64,000 nt of DNA from an uncultured Candidatus Saccharibacteria bacterium (GTDB taxonomy: Bacteria; Patescibacteriota; Doudnabacteria; UBA920): assembly GCA_964536745.1 (NCBI GenBank), contig CAZHYL010000001.1, positions 76,961 through 140,960 of the forward strand. The letters are read 5' to 3'. The position numbers were made by a program, and so were the translations under genes. Under the pieces are notes generated by a model. It did not search any database, had not been told where the DNA came from, and saw only the letters and a list, made by a program, of their open reading frames with translations. Within the stretch, counting starts at the first letter, position 1. Each line of letters starts with the position of its first letter. This document shows positions 1 to 10,664 of the stretch, in pieces.

Positions 1-491
1 ACTCTCTTATCCGTTCACGAAACCGTGTTGAAGAAGCATGGTCAGATATTGAAGTTCAACTAAAGCGCAGATACGACCTGATTCCAAATCTAGTAAATAC
101 TGTAAAAGGTTTTGCTGCTCAAGAATCTGGTGTACTTGAAAGAGTAACCGAAGCTCGCACTAGAGCAATGGGTGCTAAGACCCCTGAAGAGCATGCAAAA
201 GATGAAAATATGCTTTCTGGAACTCTAAAAAGTTTATTTGCTGTAGCTGAAAACTATCCTGACCTAAAAAGCAATCAAAACTTTATGCAGCTTCAAAGTG
301 ATCTTACCGACACTGAAAATAAGATCCAAGCAGCTCGAAGATTTTACAATGGGAATGTTCGTGATTTCAACACAAAAGTCGAAGTCTTCCCAACCAATCT
401 TTTTGCTTCCATGTTAGGATTCACAAAGCGTGCATTCTTTGACATCGATGACAACGGACCAGAAAGCCAAAACGTCGAAGTAAAATTCTAA
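1..491 (+). CDS. lemA: LemA family protein (5' partial, begins upstream of window; frame of nt 3)
   Basis: In-frame translation from nt 3 gives SLIRSRNRVEEAWSDIEVQLKRRYDLIPNLVNTVKGFAAQE..., a typical LemA. It is followed directly by htpX, the usual lemA-htpX pairing. Confidence 0.8.
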   Translation, partial: SLIRSRNRVEEAWSDIEVQLKRRYDLIPNLVNTVKGFAAQESGVLERVTEARTRAMGAKTPEEHAKDENMLSGTLKSLFAVAENYPDLKSNQNFMQLQSDLTDTENKIQAARRFYNGNVRDFNTKVEVFPTNLFASMLGFTKRAFFDIDDNGPESQNVEVKF

Positions 492-1388
492 ATGCTTACT
501 TATACAGAGATTTCTAAAAACAAAGCCTATTCGGTTTTGTTAATCTTTATTTTCTTATTGCTAATAATCGCAATGGGATTTTTCGCTTCGCAAATTTATG
601 GTCAACCATTTATTTTGGCAGGCGCTGTAATCTTTAGTAGTATCTCTGCTCTAATTTCTTACTATTATTCCGATAAAATCACTCTAGCAATTTCAGGGGC
701 AAAAGAAATTGACCTTAAAACCCACCAAGAACTCTACCAACTTGTCGAAAATTTAACCATCACAGCTGGACTACCCATGCCAAGGGTCTATGTAATAGAA
801 GACACCGCGCTTAATGCATTCGCTACTGGGCGAAATCCAAAAAATGCAGTAATCTGTGCGACAACTGGTCTTCTTCAAAAATTGAATAAAACTGAGCTTG
901 AAGGAGTACTAGCTCACGAGCTATCCCACATTGGAAACTATGATATTCGCTTTATGACCTTAGTTGTAGTACTCGTCGGTATTATTACACTGCTTGCTGA
1001 TTGGTTACTTCGTATTTCCTTCATCGGAGGAGACGATAATAACAACGGTAAAAATCCTGTGTTTCTAATCGCTGGAATTATTCTGATATTTATCTCCCCG
1101 ATTATAGCCATGCTTATTCAACTTGCTGTTTCTAGGAAACGAGAATTCCTCGCAGATGCTACAGGCGCTCTATTAACTAGATACCCAGAAGGTCTTGCTT
1201 CTGCGCTAGAAAAAATTGCTGGTGACCACGAGCCACTTGAAGCTGCGAACAAAGCCACTGCACACTTGTATATCGCTAATCCACTGAAAGATCATGAAAA
1301 AGATTCCCAAGGTTGGTTCTCTTCCTTGTTCAACACTCATCCACCAATTGAAGAACGTATAAAAAGATTAAGAGAAATGAATTTATAA
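492..1388 (+). CDS. htpX: HtpX-like M48 zinc metalloprotease
   Basis: HELSH zinc motif and multiple TM segments; the start ATG abuts the lemA stop. Confidence 0.85.
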   Translation: MLTYTEISKNKAYSVLLIFIFLLLIIAMGFFASQIYGQPFILAGAVIFSSISALISYYYSDKITLAISGAKEIDLKTHQELYQLVENLTITAGLPMPRVYVIEDTALNAFATGRNPKNAVICATTGLLQKLNKTELEGVLAHELSHIGNYDIRFMTLVVVLVGIITLLADWLLRISFIGGDDNNNGKNPVFLIAGIILIFISPIIAMLIQLAVSRKREFLADATGALLTRYPEGLASALEKIAGDHEPLEAANKATAHLYIANPLKDHEKDSQGWFSSLFNTHPPIEERIKRLREMNL

Positions 1389-1410
1389 AAACACCCGTTG
1401 GGTGTTTTTA
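1388..1410. terminator. Bidirectional rho-independent terminator between convergent htpX and recX
   Basis: Hairpin acaccc-gtt-gggtgt flanked by an A-run upstream and a T-run downstream. Confidence 0.5.
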
Positions 1411-1413
1411 TAA

Positions 1414-1896
1414 TCAGAATAATTTCACAACAGTATCCATTGCAAATCCCCGCGACATCAGCTTCCTCATTAATTTCTGCTTATCTTGGTAATCTAATTT
1501 TTTTAGAGCCTTGGAATCATTAATTTGTTTACTCACAAACCTTTTAGCGATTTCTAGTTCATCCTCATCCGTAACTAATTCTGAAAGTTTCTGCTCAATT
1601 AAACTTGCAGGAAGTTTTTTCTCCAACATTTTCTTTTTCATCATAAATCTTCCCCAAGTTTTATAATTTTTCATACTATTAATAAAAACTTCGGCATAAT
1701 TATCATCATCTAGAAATTTATCTTCTTTCAAATTGTTTATAACTTGAATGACTACCTTTTTACCATAACCACGCTTTACCATCTTTTGTTCAACTTCAGA
1801 AACAGTGCGCATGCTTAAATTAAGCAAGAATAAGGCATATTGCCATGCGTGATCATAATCATTAGGGTCTTGTAAAGTTTTTGGTTTCTTAAACAC
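1414..1896 (-). CDS. recX: RecX family regulatory protein
   Basis: 160 aa with the RecX-like three-helical-repeat pattern (AWQYALFLLN...YAEVFINS...). Confidence 0.7.
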   Translation of the reverse strand: MFKKPKTLQDPNDYDHAWQYALFLLNLSMRTVSEVEQKMVKRGYGKKVVIQVINNLKEDKFLDDDNYAEVFINSMKNYKTWGRFMMKKKMLEKKLPASLIEQKLSELVTDEDELEIAKRFVSKQINDSKALKKLDYQDKQKLMRKLMSRGFAMDTVVKLF

Positions 1897-1980
1897 AGAT
1901 TATTAAGAGAAAAAGAATATTTTCCCTGTTTACATGTTACAATTTAAGTGTCAGAGACGTTATTATAGTAGCAAACATTC

Positions 1981-2009
1981 TTGACATCAAACGAACAATA
2001 GATTATAAA
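1981..2009 (+). promoter_or_regulatory. Sigma-70-type promoter (TTGACA-17-TATAAA) for the Hsp100 gene
   Basis: Perfect -35 TTGACA at 1981-1986, 17-nt spacer, -10 TATAAA at 2004-2009. Confidence 0.45.
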
Positions 2010-2013
2010 TAAA

Positions 2014-2040
2014 TTAGCAGTCTCACCTGTTGAGTGCTAA
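2014..2040 (+). promoter_or_regulatory. CIRCE inverted repeat (HrcA operator): TTAGCAgTC-N9-GAGTGCTAA
   Basis: Right half matches the CIRCE consensus perfectly, left half has one mismatch, and the spacer is exactly 9 nt. It sits between the promoter and the ATG at 2048. Confidence 0.6.
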
Positions 2041-2047
2041 TAATACT

Positions 2048-4588
2048 ATGAATAACTTTGCTTTTATACTAGAAAGATTGTCCAGCCGAGCGAAAAATGC
2101 CTTAATTGCCGCTCAAATGGTCTCGGAAGAACTTCATCACGACCACATTGGCACCGAGCATTTGCTTTTCGGCGTTGTAGCTGAAAAGTCTAGCTTCGCA
2201 GGAGAAATCCTTCATAAATCTAAACTCTCCCCCGACTTAATAAAGTCTGAGTTAGAAATCGTTAATCAAAACAACGAAGTTGCAGTTTGGAAACCGATTC
2301 TATCCAGCAACCTTAAAACTGCGATTGAAAAGTCGGCAATTATTGCAAGCCAGTACGGTTACCAGTTTATTGGAACCGAGCATTTTTTATTTGGTCTAAT
2401 TACTACCGACCATAACAAGGCGCGTGTGATTTTATCTAAACTTGGAATTGATATTGGTGAACTAGAGCAAAACTTGGTAGCTGTTTTTGAAAATATTTCC
2501 AAGTTCCCAGAAATGCCACAAGATGGAACAGGGCCAATGCATCAAGATCCACATTCACATGGTGGTCCAACCCCAGACCCTCGTAAAGGTAATATGCTTG
2601 AATACTTCACTACCGACTTAACCAAGAAAGCTACTCAAGGAAATATAGATCCTGTAATTGGACGAAAAAAAGAAATTGAAAGACTCATCAGCATACTTGG
2701 TCGTCGAACTAAAAATAATCCAGTGTTAATTGGTGAAGCTGGTGTTGGGAAAACTGCAATCGTTGAGGGGCTTGCTTTAGCTATCGCCAACCGAGAAGTG
2801 CCAGATACCCTATTGGACAAAAAAATTATGTCTTTAGACTTAGCCTTAGTAGTCGCCGGTTCAATGTTCCGTGGTGAATTTGAAAATAGACTGAAGCAAA
2901 TTATCGACGAAGTTAAAGCTAATCCAAATGTAATCCTGTTCATAGATGAACTTCATACTATGGTCGGAGCTGGAGCCACAACAGGAAGTTTAGATGCGGC
3001 TAATATTCTAAAACCAGCTTTAGCTAGAGGTGAACTTCGCACCATCGGTGCTACAACTTTAGCAGAATACAAAAAGTATATAGAACACGACGCTGCATTA
3101 GAACGCAGATTCCAACCTATCTTAGTAGAAGAACCAAGTAAAGAAGAGTCCGTAGCAATCCTAAAAGGCATTCGCCCAAATTACGAGAAGCATCATAACG
3201 TTCACATTACCGATGAAGCTATTCAAGCTGCTGTAGATTTATCGGATAGATATATTCAAGATCACTTCCTACCAGATAAAGCTGTAGATTTAGTAGATGA
3301 AACTGCAGCCTTCTTAAGAAGCATCCACAGCAACTCAAAGCTAGCTAAAACTAAAAGAAAAGTGGAAATAGAATTAGAAGCCCTAGAAGAAGAGAAAACC
3401 AAAGCTGTACTATCTCAAGATTTTACAACCGCTCTTCACCTACGCAGCCAAGAAGAACGTCTTTTGGCTCAGAAGAAAGAGTTAGAATCTATGGCCAAAG
3501 AAGATACTGGCCCTGTATATTCCATTACTGCTGAAGATATTGCTCATACAGTATCAATGATGACTAAAATTCCTTTAAAGAAATTGGCTCAAAATGAAAT
3601 TGGCAAACTGACCAATTTAGAAAAAGTTCTAAAAACCAGAATTGTTGGTCAGGATGACGCAGTGACAGAAATTTCGAAGACAATCCGCCGCAGTCGCGCA
3701 GGCCTTTCCGATCCAAATCGCCCTATCGGTTCTTTCATGTTTCTTGGTCCAACCGGAGTTGGTAAGACAGAAACAGCAAAAATGATTGCCCAAGAAGTGT
3801 TTGAAGATGCTGATAGTTTGATTCGCGTAGATATGTCCGAATTCATGGAACGACATAATGTTGCTCGTTTAATTGGTGCTCCAGCAGGATATGTTGGATA
3901 TGAAGAAGGCGGTCGATTAACGGAAGCTGTGCGTCGCAAGCCTTATGCTGTGGTTCTATTCGATGAAATTGAAAAAGCTCATCCAGAAGTATTTAATATT
4001 CTCTTGCAGATTCTAGAAGATGGCCAGCTCACTGATGCTCAAGGTAAAAAAGTAAATTTTGCCAACACAGTAATTATCATGACCTCTAATCTTGGTATGC
4101 AGGAACTGAACTCTGCAGCAAAGAAAATTGGTTTTGCAGATAAAGACGAGCAAGAATCAGAAAAAATTAAACTAGAAAAAGAATACGAACGGATTAAGGA
4201 AGGTTTGGTGGAAAAACTTAAGAAAGAGTTACGTCCAGAGTTCCTTAATCGTATTGATAAAATAATCATTTTCCGACCACTGGGAATTACTGAACTGAAA
4301 AAAATTACTCAACTACAAATCGTAGATTTACAAAAGCGACTTGAAGCACAAGGAATTTCTCTTAAAACCACCCCTGCGTTGATTAAATTCATTACTGAAA
4401 AGAGTTTTGATCCTCTACAAGGAGCTAGATACATTCGTAAGAATGTTCAAGATCTAATTAGCGACCCATTAGCAGAGCAAATCATTCAGCAAAGCCTTAA
4501 GGAAGGTGCCACAATTACAGTTGGCCTAGATTCCGACAATGTCTCGTTCAAGATTGAACAGAAAAAAGTTGCCGCTGTTCCTGCCTAA
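2048..4588 (+). CDS. clpC: ClpC/ClpB-type Hsp100 AAA+ chaperone
   Basis: Two N-terminal Clp_N repeats and two AAA+ modules (GEAGVGKT; GPTGVGKTE). The short linker carries a UVR-like motif ([16 protein letters not shown]). The ORF track starts at the TTG at 2030, but that lies inside the CIRCE element, so the ATG at 2048 is preferred. Confidence 0.9.
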   Translation: MNNFAFILERLSSRAKNALIAAQMVSEELHHDHIGTEHLLFGVVAEKSSFAGEILHKSKLSPDLIKSELEIVNQNNEVAVWKPILSSNLKTAIEKSAIIASQYGYQFIGTEHFLFGLITTDHNKARVILSKLGIDIGELEQNLVAVFENISKFPEMPQDGTGPMHQDPHSHGGPTPDPRKGNMLEYFTTDLTKKATQGNIDPVIGRKKEIERLISILGRRTKNNPVLIGEAGVGKTAIVEGLALAIANREVPDTLLDKKIMSLDLALVVAGSMFRGEFENRLKQIIDEVKANPNVILFIDELHTMVGAGATTGSLDAANILKPALARGELRTIGATTLAEYKKYIEHDAALERRFQPILVEEPSKEESVAILKGIRPNYEKHHNVHITDEAIQAAVDLSDRYIQDHFLPDKAVDLVDETAAFLRSIHSNSKLAKTKRKVEIELEALEEEKTKAVLSQDFTTALHLRSQEERLLAQKKELESMAKEDTGPVYSITAEDIAHTVSMMTKIPLKKLAQNEIGKLTNLEKVLKTRIVGQDDAVTEISKTIRRSRAGLSDPNRPIGSFMFLGPTGVGKTETAKMIAQEVFEDADSLIRVDMSEFMERHNVARLIGAPAGYVGYEEGGRLTEAVRRKPYAVVLFDEIEKAHPEVFNILLQILEDGQLTDAQGKKVNFANTVIIMTSNLGMQELNSAAKKIGFADKDEQESEKIKLEKEYERIKEGLVEKLKKELRPEFLNRIDKIIIFRPLGITELKKITQLQIVDLQKRLEAQGISLKTTPALIKFITEKSFDPLQGARYIRKNVQDLISDPLAEQIIQQSLKEGATITVGLDSDNVSFKIEQKKVAAVPA

Positions 4589-4601
4589 AAATTACTATCA
4601 T

Positions 4602-4627
4602 AAAAAACTGCCTTATGGCAGTTTTTT
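4602..4627 (+). terminator. Rho-independent terminator after the Hsp100 gene
   Basis: Stem ctgcc/ggcag extended by A/T pairing, followed by TTTTTT. Confidence 0.6.
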
Positions 4628-4667
4628 ATTTATGAATTCTTGAACCTGTCGTTGCTAAACTGAAAGT

Positions 4668-5339
4668 ATGAAAATCTTAGATATACTTTTTCCAAAACAA
4701 TGCTTGGGTTGTGCCGCTTGGGACAGCTACCTTTGCCAAAGTTGTGTTCAAAACTTAAGATGCACAAATCATCAAAGATGTATTGTCTGTCAAAAACCTT
4801 CACTCTTTGGTTATACTCATGAAAAATGCCTTTCTAAAAACTCACCGAATAGACTAATTACAATCTTTAGCTACAATCAAACAATCGTTGCCAAAATAAT
4901 CAACAATGCAAAAACTTCTTACGCAACAGATTTAATACAGGACTTTAGTGTCATCGCCTTCAAATTTCTTAAAATCACACATCCGCAATTTCATCAATTT
5001 ACAATTTCTGCTATTCCAATTACAAGACCCATTCGGCGTTTTAGAGGTTTTAACCATTCAGAAATAATAGGAATAGAGGCTTCAAAGTACTCTGGGCTAC
5101 CAATAGACAATCTACTTCTAAAAATTAAGCCAACCAAACCACAAAAAAGTCTAAACAAATACAAAAGAAGCTTAAATTTAAAAAACTGTTTTAGACTAAA
5201 GAGTTTAGAATGTTTACCAAGCCATGTCCTTCTAATCGACGATGTAACTACCACAGGAACAACACTACTAGAAGCAACAAAGGTTTTAAAAATGGCCGGT
5301 GTTAAGGTTGTCTGGTGTCTCGCGCTTGCTCAAGACTAA
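4668..5339 (+). CDS. comFC: ComF family protein (ComFC, zinc finger plus phosphoribosyltransferase fold)
   Basis: N-terminal CxxC...CxxC motif and C-terminal PRTase motif VLLIDDVTTTGTTL. Confidence 0.75.
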   Translation: MKILDILFPKQCLGCAAWDSYLCQSCVQNLRCTNHQRCIVCQKPSLFGYTHEKCLSKNSPNRLITIFSYNQTIVAKIINNAKTSYATDLIQDFSVIAFKFLKITHPQFHQFTISAIPITRPIRRFRGFNHSEIIGIEASKYSGLPIDNLLLKIKPTKPQKSLNKYKRSLNLKNCFRLKSLECLPSHVLLIDDVTTTGTTLLEATKVLKMAGVKVVWCLALAQD

Positions 5340-5378
5340 TTGACCAAAACCAATTTTTTAAGTAAAATAACTAAGTTC

Positions 5379-5472
<94 letters not shown>

Positions 5473-5532
5473 GTGGTTTGTTTGCCACCAAGGGTGATAA
5501 ATAAACCAGTGGAATAATCGTCTAATGAAACA

Positions 5533-5562
5533 GAACGTGCCTAGCAGGTGCGTTCTTTTTAT
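5533..5562 (+). terminator. Putative terminator downstream of tRNA-Ser
   Basis: 9-bp stem with two G-U pairs and a 5-nt loop, followed by TTTTT. Confidence 0.4.
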
Positions 5563-5640
5563 TTTATTAGGCGTGCTGTGCTAAAATATAGCTAATAATG
5601 CAGTTAATAGCTGTAACAAACGCCCTTCAGGCACGTCTAT

Positions 5641-6216
5641 ATGAACGAACACACAAACATAAATAATAATCCCATTGGTAAACTTACGGAAATCCTGACA
5701 CTGGCTAAAGCTGGGAAACAAGACGCTTTGGCGGATATTTATGAAGCCTATTATGTAAGAATTTACCGCTTCATTTTTTATCGCGTATCGCATAAGGAAA
5801 CCGCTGAAGACCTAACAGAAGATGTGTTCGTAAAGGCATTTGCTGGTTTAAAGAATCTAAGTCAACTTGATGCCTTTGAAGGCTGGCTCTTCCAAATTGC
5901 TCGTAATCTGGTAATCGATTATTACCGAAAGAAGAAGCAATTAGTGCCACTGGATTCAATAGAAAATACTCTTGAGTACGACACTAATGTTGTAGATATA
6001 ATCAACCTTAAAATAGAGCAATCGATTTTAATTAAAATTATTAAAGAGTTAAACGACGAACAGCAAACAGTAATTAAGATGAAGTTCCTAGAAGAATTAG
6101 ATAATTCTACAATCGCTAAATTACTAAACAAAACTGAAGGATCGATTAGAGTTATTCAACACCGAGCTATATCGAAACTAAAAGAGATATTTTTGGACAA
6201 AATCAATAAGCAATGA
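5641..6216 (+). CDS. ECF-family RNA polymerase sigma-70 factor
   Basis: Sigma region 2 (DLTEDVFVKAF...FEGWLFQIARNLVIDYYR) and region 4 HTH (STIAKLLNKTEGSIRVIQHRAISKLK). Confidence 0.85.
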   Translation: MNEHTNINNNPIGKLTEILTLAKAGKQDALADIYEAYYVRIYRFIFYRVSHKETAEDLTEDVFVKAFAGLKNLSQLDAFEGWLFQIARNLVIDYYRKKKQLVPLDSIENTLEYDTNVVDIINLKIEQSILIKIIKELNDEQQTVIKMKFLEELDNSTIAKLLNKTEGSIRVIQHRAISKLKEIFLDKINKQ

Positions 6217-7340
6217 ACAACCTAGATAATACAATTCCAGATCAAATTTTCGAACAAGCACTTACCATGCATAAAAGCGGTAAGAGTATTTTAGAAATAT
6301 CTGATTCTTTTCCAGAGTATAAAGCTGAACTAGAAAGTTTATTTGAAGTTGTCAGTCTTTTAGACTCCATTCCAAAAACCCAGCCACCTACTCCCACTAA
6401 GACATATAGATTTGCTAAGAAAACTTCTGCGTGGTTTAAGTTTATAGAGCTACTTAGCTTTTACAGATTAGCTGCGGTTCCACTCGCATTCGTATTCGCT
6501 TTGGTAAGCTCGCTAGCTGTATTTTCTGCAGCAGAAAATAGTTTACCGGGAGACAGTTTATATTCCCTAAAAATTGCTGGAGAGAAAGCTAAACTGAATT
6601 TCACTTTTGATAAAGAAAAAATTGCTCAGCTTCATGTAGAACTTGCTCAAAAAAGATTAAACGAAGCTAAGCAAATTATTGCTAAAGATGACTCTGAAAA
6701 TGAACAAGAGGCTCTTGAATCACTTACCAAGCAAACAGAGGAAACAATTAGTACACTCTCTACCCTAGCAGCATCACAGGCAGTTTCCGAAAATAACTCT
6801 ACCCTTCTAAATAATCTGGTCGCTTTAAATAAAGAACAAAAATCTTTATTAGAGAATGACTCAGCGGTATCAGAAACAGCATTAAATCTCTCTAAATCTA
6901 CAGATAAATCTTTAGCCCAGTTACTTGCAACAGTAAACGAACAGTCGCTTCTAAATCTTCCAAATAAAATTTCTATCACCGGTACCATTAACGCGGTTAT
7001 AAATAATAAAATTACCTTAGAAAAAAATACTTTTACCCTAAACCCTGAAACAGTAATTACCAGTGCTGATGGAGAATTACTTACTTCTACTACAGATGTC
7101 AAAGGTAAGATAACCGTAATTGGTACCAGAGAAAATAATATCCTAGTCGCAAAGAAGGTAATCATCATAGATCCACTTGCAACAATCGAACCAGTCACTG
7201 CAACAGTTAAACCTACCCCAGTTCCAATCATAGTTACCCCAACCCCAGAACCAGTCCCAGAGGAAATTGAAGTACAACAGCCAAGTGAAGCCACTGCAGG
7301 GTTTATTGCAGAACCTGCAGATAACCAATACGCTCAATAA
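6213..7340 (+). CDS. Putative membrane-anchored anti-sigma factor, translationally coupled to the sigma gene (ATGA overlap)
   Basis: 4-nt overlap with the sigma gene, a short cytoplasmic N-terminal segment, one TM helix (AAVPLAFVFALVSSLAVFSAA) and a long extracytoplasmic coiled/T-P-rich domain. Confidence 0.5.
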   Translation: MNNLDNTIPDQIFEQALTMHKSGKSILEISDSFPEYKAELESLFEVVSLLDSIPKTQPPTPTKTYRFAKKTSAWFKFIELLSFYRLAAVPLAFVFALVSSLAVFSAAENSLPGDSLYSLKIAGEKAKLNFTFDKEKIAQLHVELAQKRLNEAKQIIAKDDSENEQEALESLTKQTEETISTLSTLAASQAVSENNSTLLNNLVALNKEQKSLLENDSAVSETALNLSKSTDKSLAQLLATVNEQSLLNLPNKISITGTINAVINNKITLEKNTFTLNPETVITSADGELLTSTTDVKGKITVIGTRENNILVAKKVIIIDPLATIEPVTATVKPTPVPIIVTPTPEPVPEEIEVQQPSEATAGFIAEPADNQYAQ

Positions 7341-7416
7341 TTTCGTTGACGGATGAATTGCCTCCAAAAGGAGGCAAAGATTCGGAAATGAATGCACTAG
7401 TTGAAACACAATTTGT

Positions 7417-7455
7417 CAAAAAAACAGGCCTAATCTAGAGTACGGCCTGTTTTTG
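7417..7455 (+). terminator. Rho-independent terminator after the anti-sigma gene
   Basis: Stem acaggcc/ggcctgt with a 13-nt loop, A-run before and TTTT after. Confidence 0.5.
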
Positions 7456-7500
7456 ATTTATTCAAAAAATTGCTATAATTATTTGGTAATCCCTTAACTG

Positions 7501-7588
7501 GGAGAGGTCGCATAGTGGTTTAGTGCAACGGTCTTGAAAACCGTCAGGTCTAAAAGCCTCGAGGGTTCGAATCCCTCCCTCTCCGCCA
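7501..7588 (+). tRNA. tRNA-Ser (anticodon UGA), long variable arm, encoded CCA
   Basis: 5' 22 nt and 3' ~28 nt identical to the tRNA-Ser(GCU) at 5379; anticodon loop cuUGAaa. Confidence 0.85.
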
Positions 7589-7613
7589 TGGAAACTTTTT
7601 ACTACATAAATCC

Positions 7614-7931
7614 ATGAAAAAGCGCGTCTATATAGTATCTTCAATAATTGCAGTTATCATATCTGGTATAGCAATTTGGGCATCACTGAATATACAGATT
7701 GGAAAAACCATTCCTAGCGAACCATGCTGTGACATCACTTACTATAAAGAATATGGATATCCATTCAATATTATGACTTATTCATACGATGGTAAAACTG
7801 GTGCGACACAAAAAGTTTATAATCAGAAAAATATTACCTATAATTTTGTTATTTATTTCTTACTAGCATCAGTAGGACAATTAGCTTTCTATAAATTTAT
7901 TTTACCTTCGTCACAAAAACAAACCCAATAA
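7614..7931 (+). CDS. Hypothetical small membrane protein
   Basis: 105-aa ORF with an N-terminal TM helix; no recognisable domain. Confidence 0.35.
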   Translation: MKKRVYIVSSIIAVIISGIAIWASLNIQIGKTIPSEPCCDITYYKEYGYPFNIMTYSYDGKTGATQKVYNQKNITYNFVIYFLLASVGQLAFYKFILPSSQKQTQ

Positions 7932-7932
7932 A

Positions 7933-8406
7933 ATGGCAAAAGAACCACTAATAGTTTTTGACTGGGAAGCGCCAGAATTTAGGCACTACCCAAAAAATCC
8001 AGCATGGTACATTACCTTGTGTATCATCGTAGTACTTTTGGTAGTCTATGAGATAGTTCAAAAGGATTATTTTGGTGCACTAAGTTTATTCCTGATTGGT
8101 GGGTTTGTTCTATTCTTTGCAAGGCAAACTCCGAAAGTTGTGCCTATGCAAATTAGCGATCAAGGTATTCACATTAACGACGACTTAATCCCATATCAAA
8201 GAATTAAAAGATTTTGGGTTGTAGATGATGGAATTCATAAAACTCTGAACATTGAGACCACTGCTTACTTAAACCACGAGCTTACCGTAGAACTCGAAGA
8301 AATGGATGCCGATGAAGTTCGAGACTTTCTAATAGATATTTTGCCTGAACACGAACAGGTCGAACCAACCACAGCGCAAAAAGTTGCGCATCGTTTTAAA
8401 TTTTAA
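7933..8406 (+). CDS. Hypothetical membrane protein (two TM helices plus a soluble C-terminal domain)
   Basis: 157-aa ORF, tightly packed after the preceding gene. Confidence 0.45.
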   Translation: MAKEPLIVFDWEAPEFRHYPKNPAWYITLCIIVVLLVVYEIVQKDYFGALSLFLIGGFVLFFARQTPKVVPMQISDQGIHINDDLIPYQRIKRFWVVDDGIHKTLNIETTAYLNHELTVELEEMDADEVRDFLIDILPEHEQVEPTTAQKVAHRFKF

Positions 8407-8424
8407 GAACCTGACAGTAACCTA

Positions 8425-8499
8425 CTCCTTGTAGCTCAACGGATAGAGCGCAAGCCTCCGGAGCTTGAAATGTAGGTTCGATTCCTGCCAAGGAGACCA
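8425..8499 (+). tRNA. tRNA-Arg (anticodon CCG), encoded CCA
   Basis: Acceptor ctccttg/caaggag, D-arm gctc...gagc, anticodon loop cuCCGga, T-arm GGTTCGATTCC. Confidence 0.8.
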
Positions 8500-8502
8500 G
8501 AT

Positions 8503-10557
8503 ATGCTTACATTGAACACAAAAATTGAACGACTGGCTGGAGTCGGCCCGAGTTTAAAGAAAACCCTAAATAATTTGGGTCTTTTTTATATCGAAGATTT
8601 ACTTTATCACCTGCCTTTTCGGTATGTAGATTTTTCCAAAAAAGTGCCCATCGGCTTAGCAAAAGTTGGTGAGATGGTAACCATAGAAGCGAAAATTATT
8701 TCTGTAGAAGCTAGACGTTCTTTTAAAAGTAGATTACAGTTCACTGAAGCTTTACTTGAAGATAATACTGGCCAAATAAAAGTTGTCTGGTTTAATCAAC
8801 CCTATATCGCCAAACAATTACCAATCGGCTCGGTAATTATCATTGCTGGAAAAATAGAGTGGTATAAAGAAAAGCAAATTACTAACCCATTTTTTGAAAA
8901 ATTAGAATTGGACTCGGAATCAGTTGGTAAGATTTTACCTATCTACCATCTAACAAAAGGGTTAAGTAACCTTAGGCTCGCAAAACTGATCAAACTTGCT
9001 TGGCAACAAACTACAAATAAACTAGATGATTATTTAGATAAAAAAACTCTGACAAGCTTCAACCTACTTGCCCTATCCGAGGCTATTTCAACCTTACATT
9101 TTCCGGTAAACAGCTCTGAAATTTATAAAGCCAGACTTCGTATTGCCATAGACGATTGTCTACCCCAACAAATTGCATCGAGTATAAAACAAGCCCAATT
9201 AAAAGAACAATCAGCGCCAATAATAAAAACTGACGTAGACTACATTAAACAATTGCTACAGCAATTACCTTTTAAACTAACTGATAGTCAAAAAAGGGCT
9301 ACATGGGACATATTGCAAGAATTAAGCCTAGGAGTGCCTCATAATAGGCTCCTTGAAGGTGATGTGGGCAGTGGTAAGACTGTAGTGGCTTGGTTAATTT
9401 CCATGATGGCAGTAAAAAACGGTTTTCAAGTAGCTATAATGGCACCAACGGAAATACTAGCTAAACAACACCACCAATCTTTTATATCCTTATGCGAGGG
9501 CCTATCAACAAAAATCGGACTCTTTACACAAAATTTTAATCTAGTGAACAATGAGGTCTTTACTAAGCAGGATTTAACAGCAAAGCTATCTGAAGATAAC
9601 GTGGATATTGTAATTGGTACCCACGCATTACTTTCCGAGCACTTAAAGTTTAAAAATCTTGGGGTAATTATTATCGATGAACAACACCGGTTTGGAGTTG
9701 GTCAAAGAGCTTATTTGCAAAAATCACATTCTAAGAAACTAGTCCCTCACCTGATTAGCATGTCTGCTACACCTATCCCTCGCTCATTAGGGTTAGCTTT
9801 ATTTGGAAACTTACAAATTTCCCAGGTTACCCAATTACCAAAAAATAGACAACAAATCAAAACCAAACTACTTTTAGAAGACGACAGAAAAATTGCATAT
9901 AAAAAAATTGAAGAAGAGGTGTCTTCAGGTAGACAAGTCTTTATCATTACACCAAAGGTAGAAGAGACCGACACTGAAGTTAAATCTGTAAAAGCTGAAT
10001 TCGAGAGAATTCAAAAATTATTTCCTAAATTCAAAGTTGGCTTAGTTTATGGTTCAATGAAAGGTGAAGAAAAGGACCAAGTCATGGAAGGATTTGCAAA
10101 TAACCAAATCCATATTTTAGTCGCTACAACGGTTATAGAAATTGGTATAGATGTGCCGAATGCAACTGTGATCCTAATTGAAGGCGCAGAGAACTTTGGA
10201 CTTGCCCAGCTTCATCAATTACGAGGGAGGGTGGGAAGAGGTTCTAACCAAAGCTTCTGCTACTTATTTACCACTCAAGACAGCCAGCTAGAAACTAAAA
10301 GATTACGAGTGTTTGAAACAACTACAGATGGTTTTGCCTTAGCAGAACACGACCTACAAGAAAGAGGTTTTGGTGATTTATTCGGAAAGCAACAGTCTGG
10401 TTTTGCATTTAGATTTCCAGAGTTTATGACTATCGAGGCGCTCAAAAAAGCTCATCAAATTGCAGAATCGATTTTAAAAAATAATCCAACGCTTCAAGGA
10501 TTAGATAAACTGAAACTAAATTCGAATAAGTACCTAGAAGAGATCCATAACGAATAA
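8503..10557 (+). CDS. recG: ATP-dependent DNA helicase RecG
   Basis: N-terminal wedge/OB region, helicase motifs (GDVGSGKT, DEQH, QLHQLRGRVGRG), 684 aa. Confidence 0.9.
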   Translation: MLTLNTKIERLAGVGPSLKKTLNNLGLFYIEDLLYHLPFRYVDFSKKVPIGLAKVGEMVTIEAKIISVEARRSFKSRLQFTEALLEDNTGQIKVVWFNQPYIAKQLPIGSVIIIAGKIEWYKEKQITNPFFEKLELDSESVGKILPIYHLTKGLSNLRLAKLIKLAWQQTTNKLDDYLDKKTLTSFNLLALSEAISTLHFPVNSSEIYKARLRIAIDDCLPQQIASSIKQAQLKEQSAPIIKTDVDYIKQLLQQLPFKLTDSQKRATWDILQELSLGVPHNRLLEGDVGSGKTVVAWLISMMAVKNGFQVAIMAPTEILAKQHHQSFISLCEGLSTKIGLFTQNFNLVNNEVFTKQDLTAKLSEDNVDIVIGTHALLSEHLKFKNLGVIIIDEQHRFGVGQRAYLQKSHSKKLVPHLISMSATPIPRSLGLALFGNLQISQVTQLPKNRQQIKTKLLLEDDRKIAYKKIEEEVSSGRQVFIITPKVEETDTEVKSVKAEFERIQKLFPKFKVGLVYGSMKGEEKDQVMEGFANNQIHILVATTVIEIGIDVPNATVILIEGAENFGLAQLHQLRGRVGRGSNQSFCYLFTTQDSQLETKRLRVFETTTDGFALAEHDLQERGFGDLFGKQQSGFAFRFPEFMTIEALKKAHQIAESILKNNPTLQGLDKLKLNSNKYLEEIHNE

Positions 10558-10664
10558 AAAACCTTGACACCAAGGTTTGAATTTGATATAAAGTTATGGT
10601 ATTAGCCCAGTGCAGTTTACGATGCTAATCGCCCAAAACTTGTGTAATAGGAGGAGAGATAAGA

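Noticed and set aside
2635-4269. Several minus-strand ORFs (2635-2943, 2953-3171, 3629-3856, 3649-3939, 4039-4269)
   Set aside because: All are antisense to the conserved Hsp100 coding sequence. The same reasoning applies to antisense ORFs inside recG, radA, virB4, the VirB6-like gene, ileS, nrdA, uvrD, the glycerate kinase gene and others.
7355-7376. Hairpin ttgcctcc-aaaa-ggaggcaa after the anti-sigma gene
   Set aside because: No T-run follows; the better terminator candidate is the hairpin at 7417-7455.
7462-7644. Minus-strand 60-aa ORF
   Set aside because: It overlaps the tRNA-Ser(UGA) gene almost entirely and is an antisense artefact.
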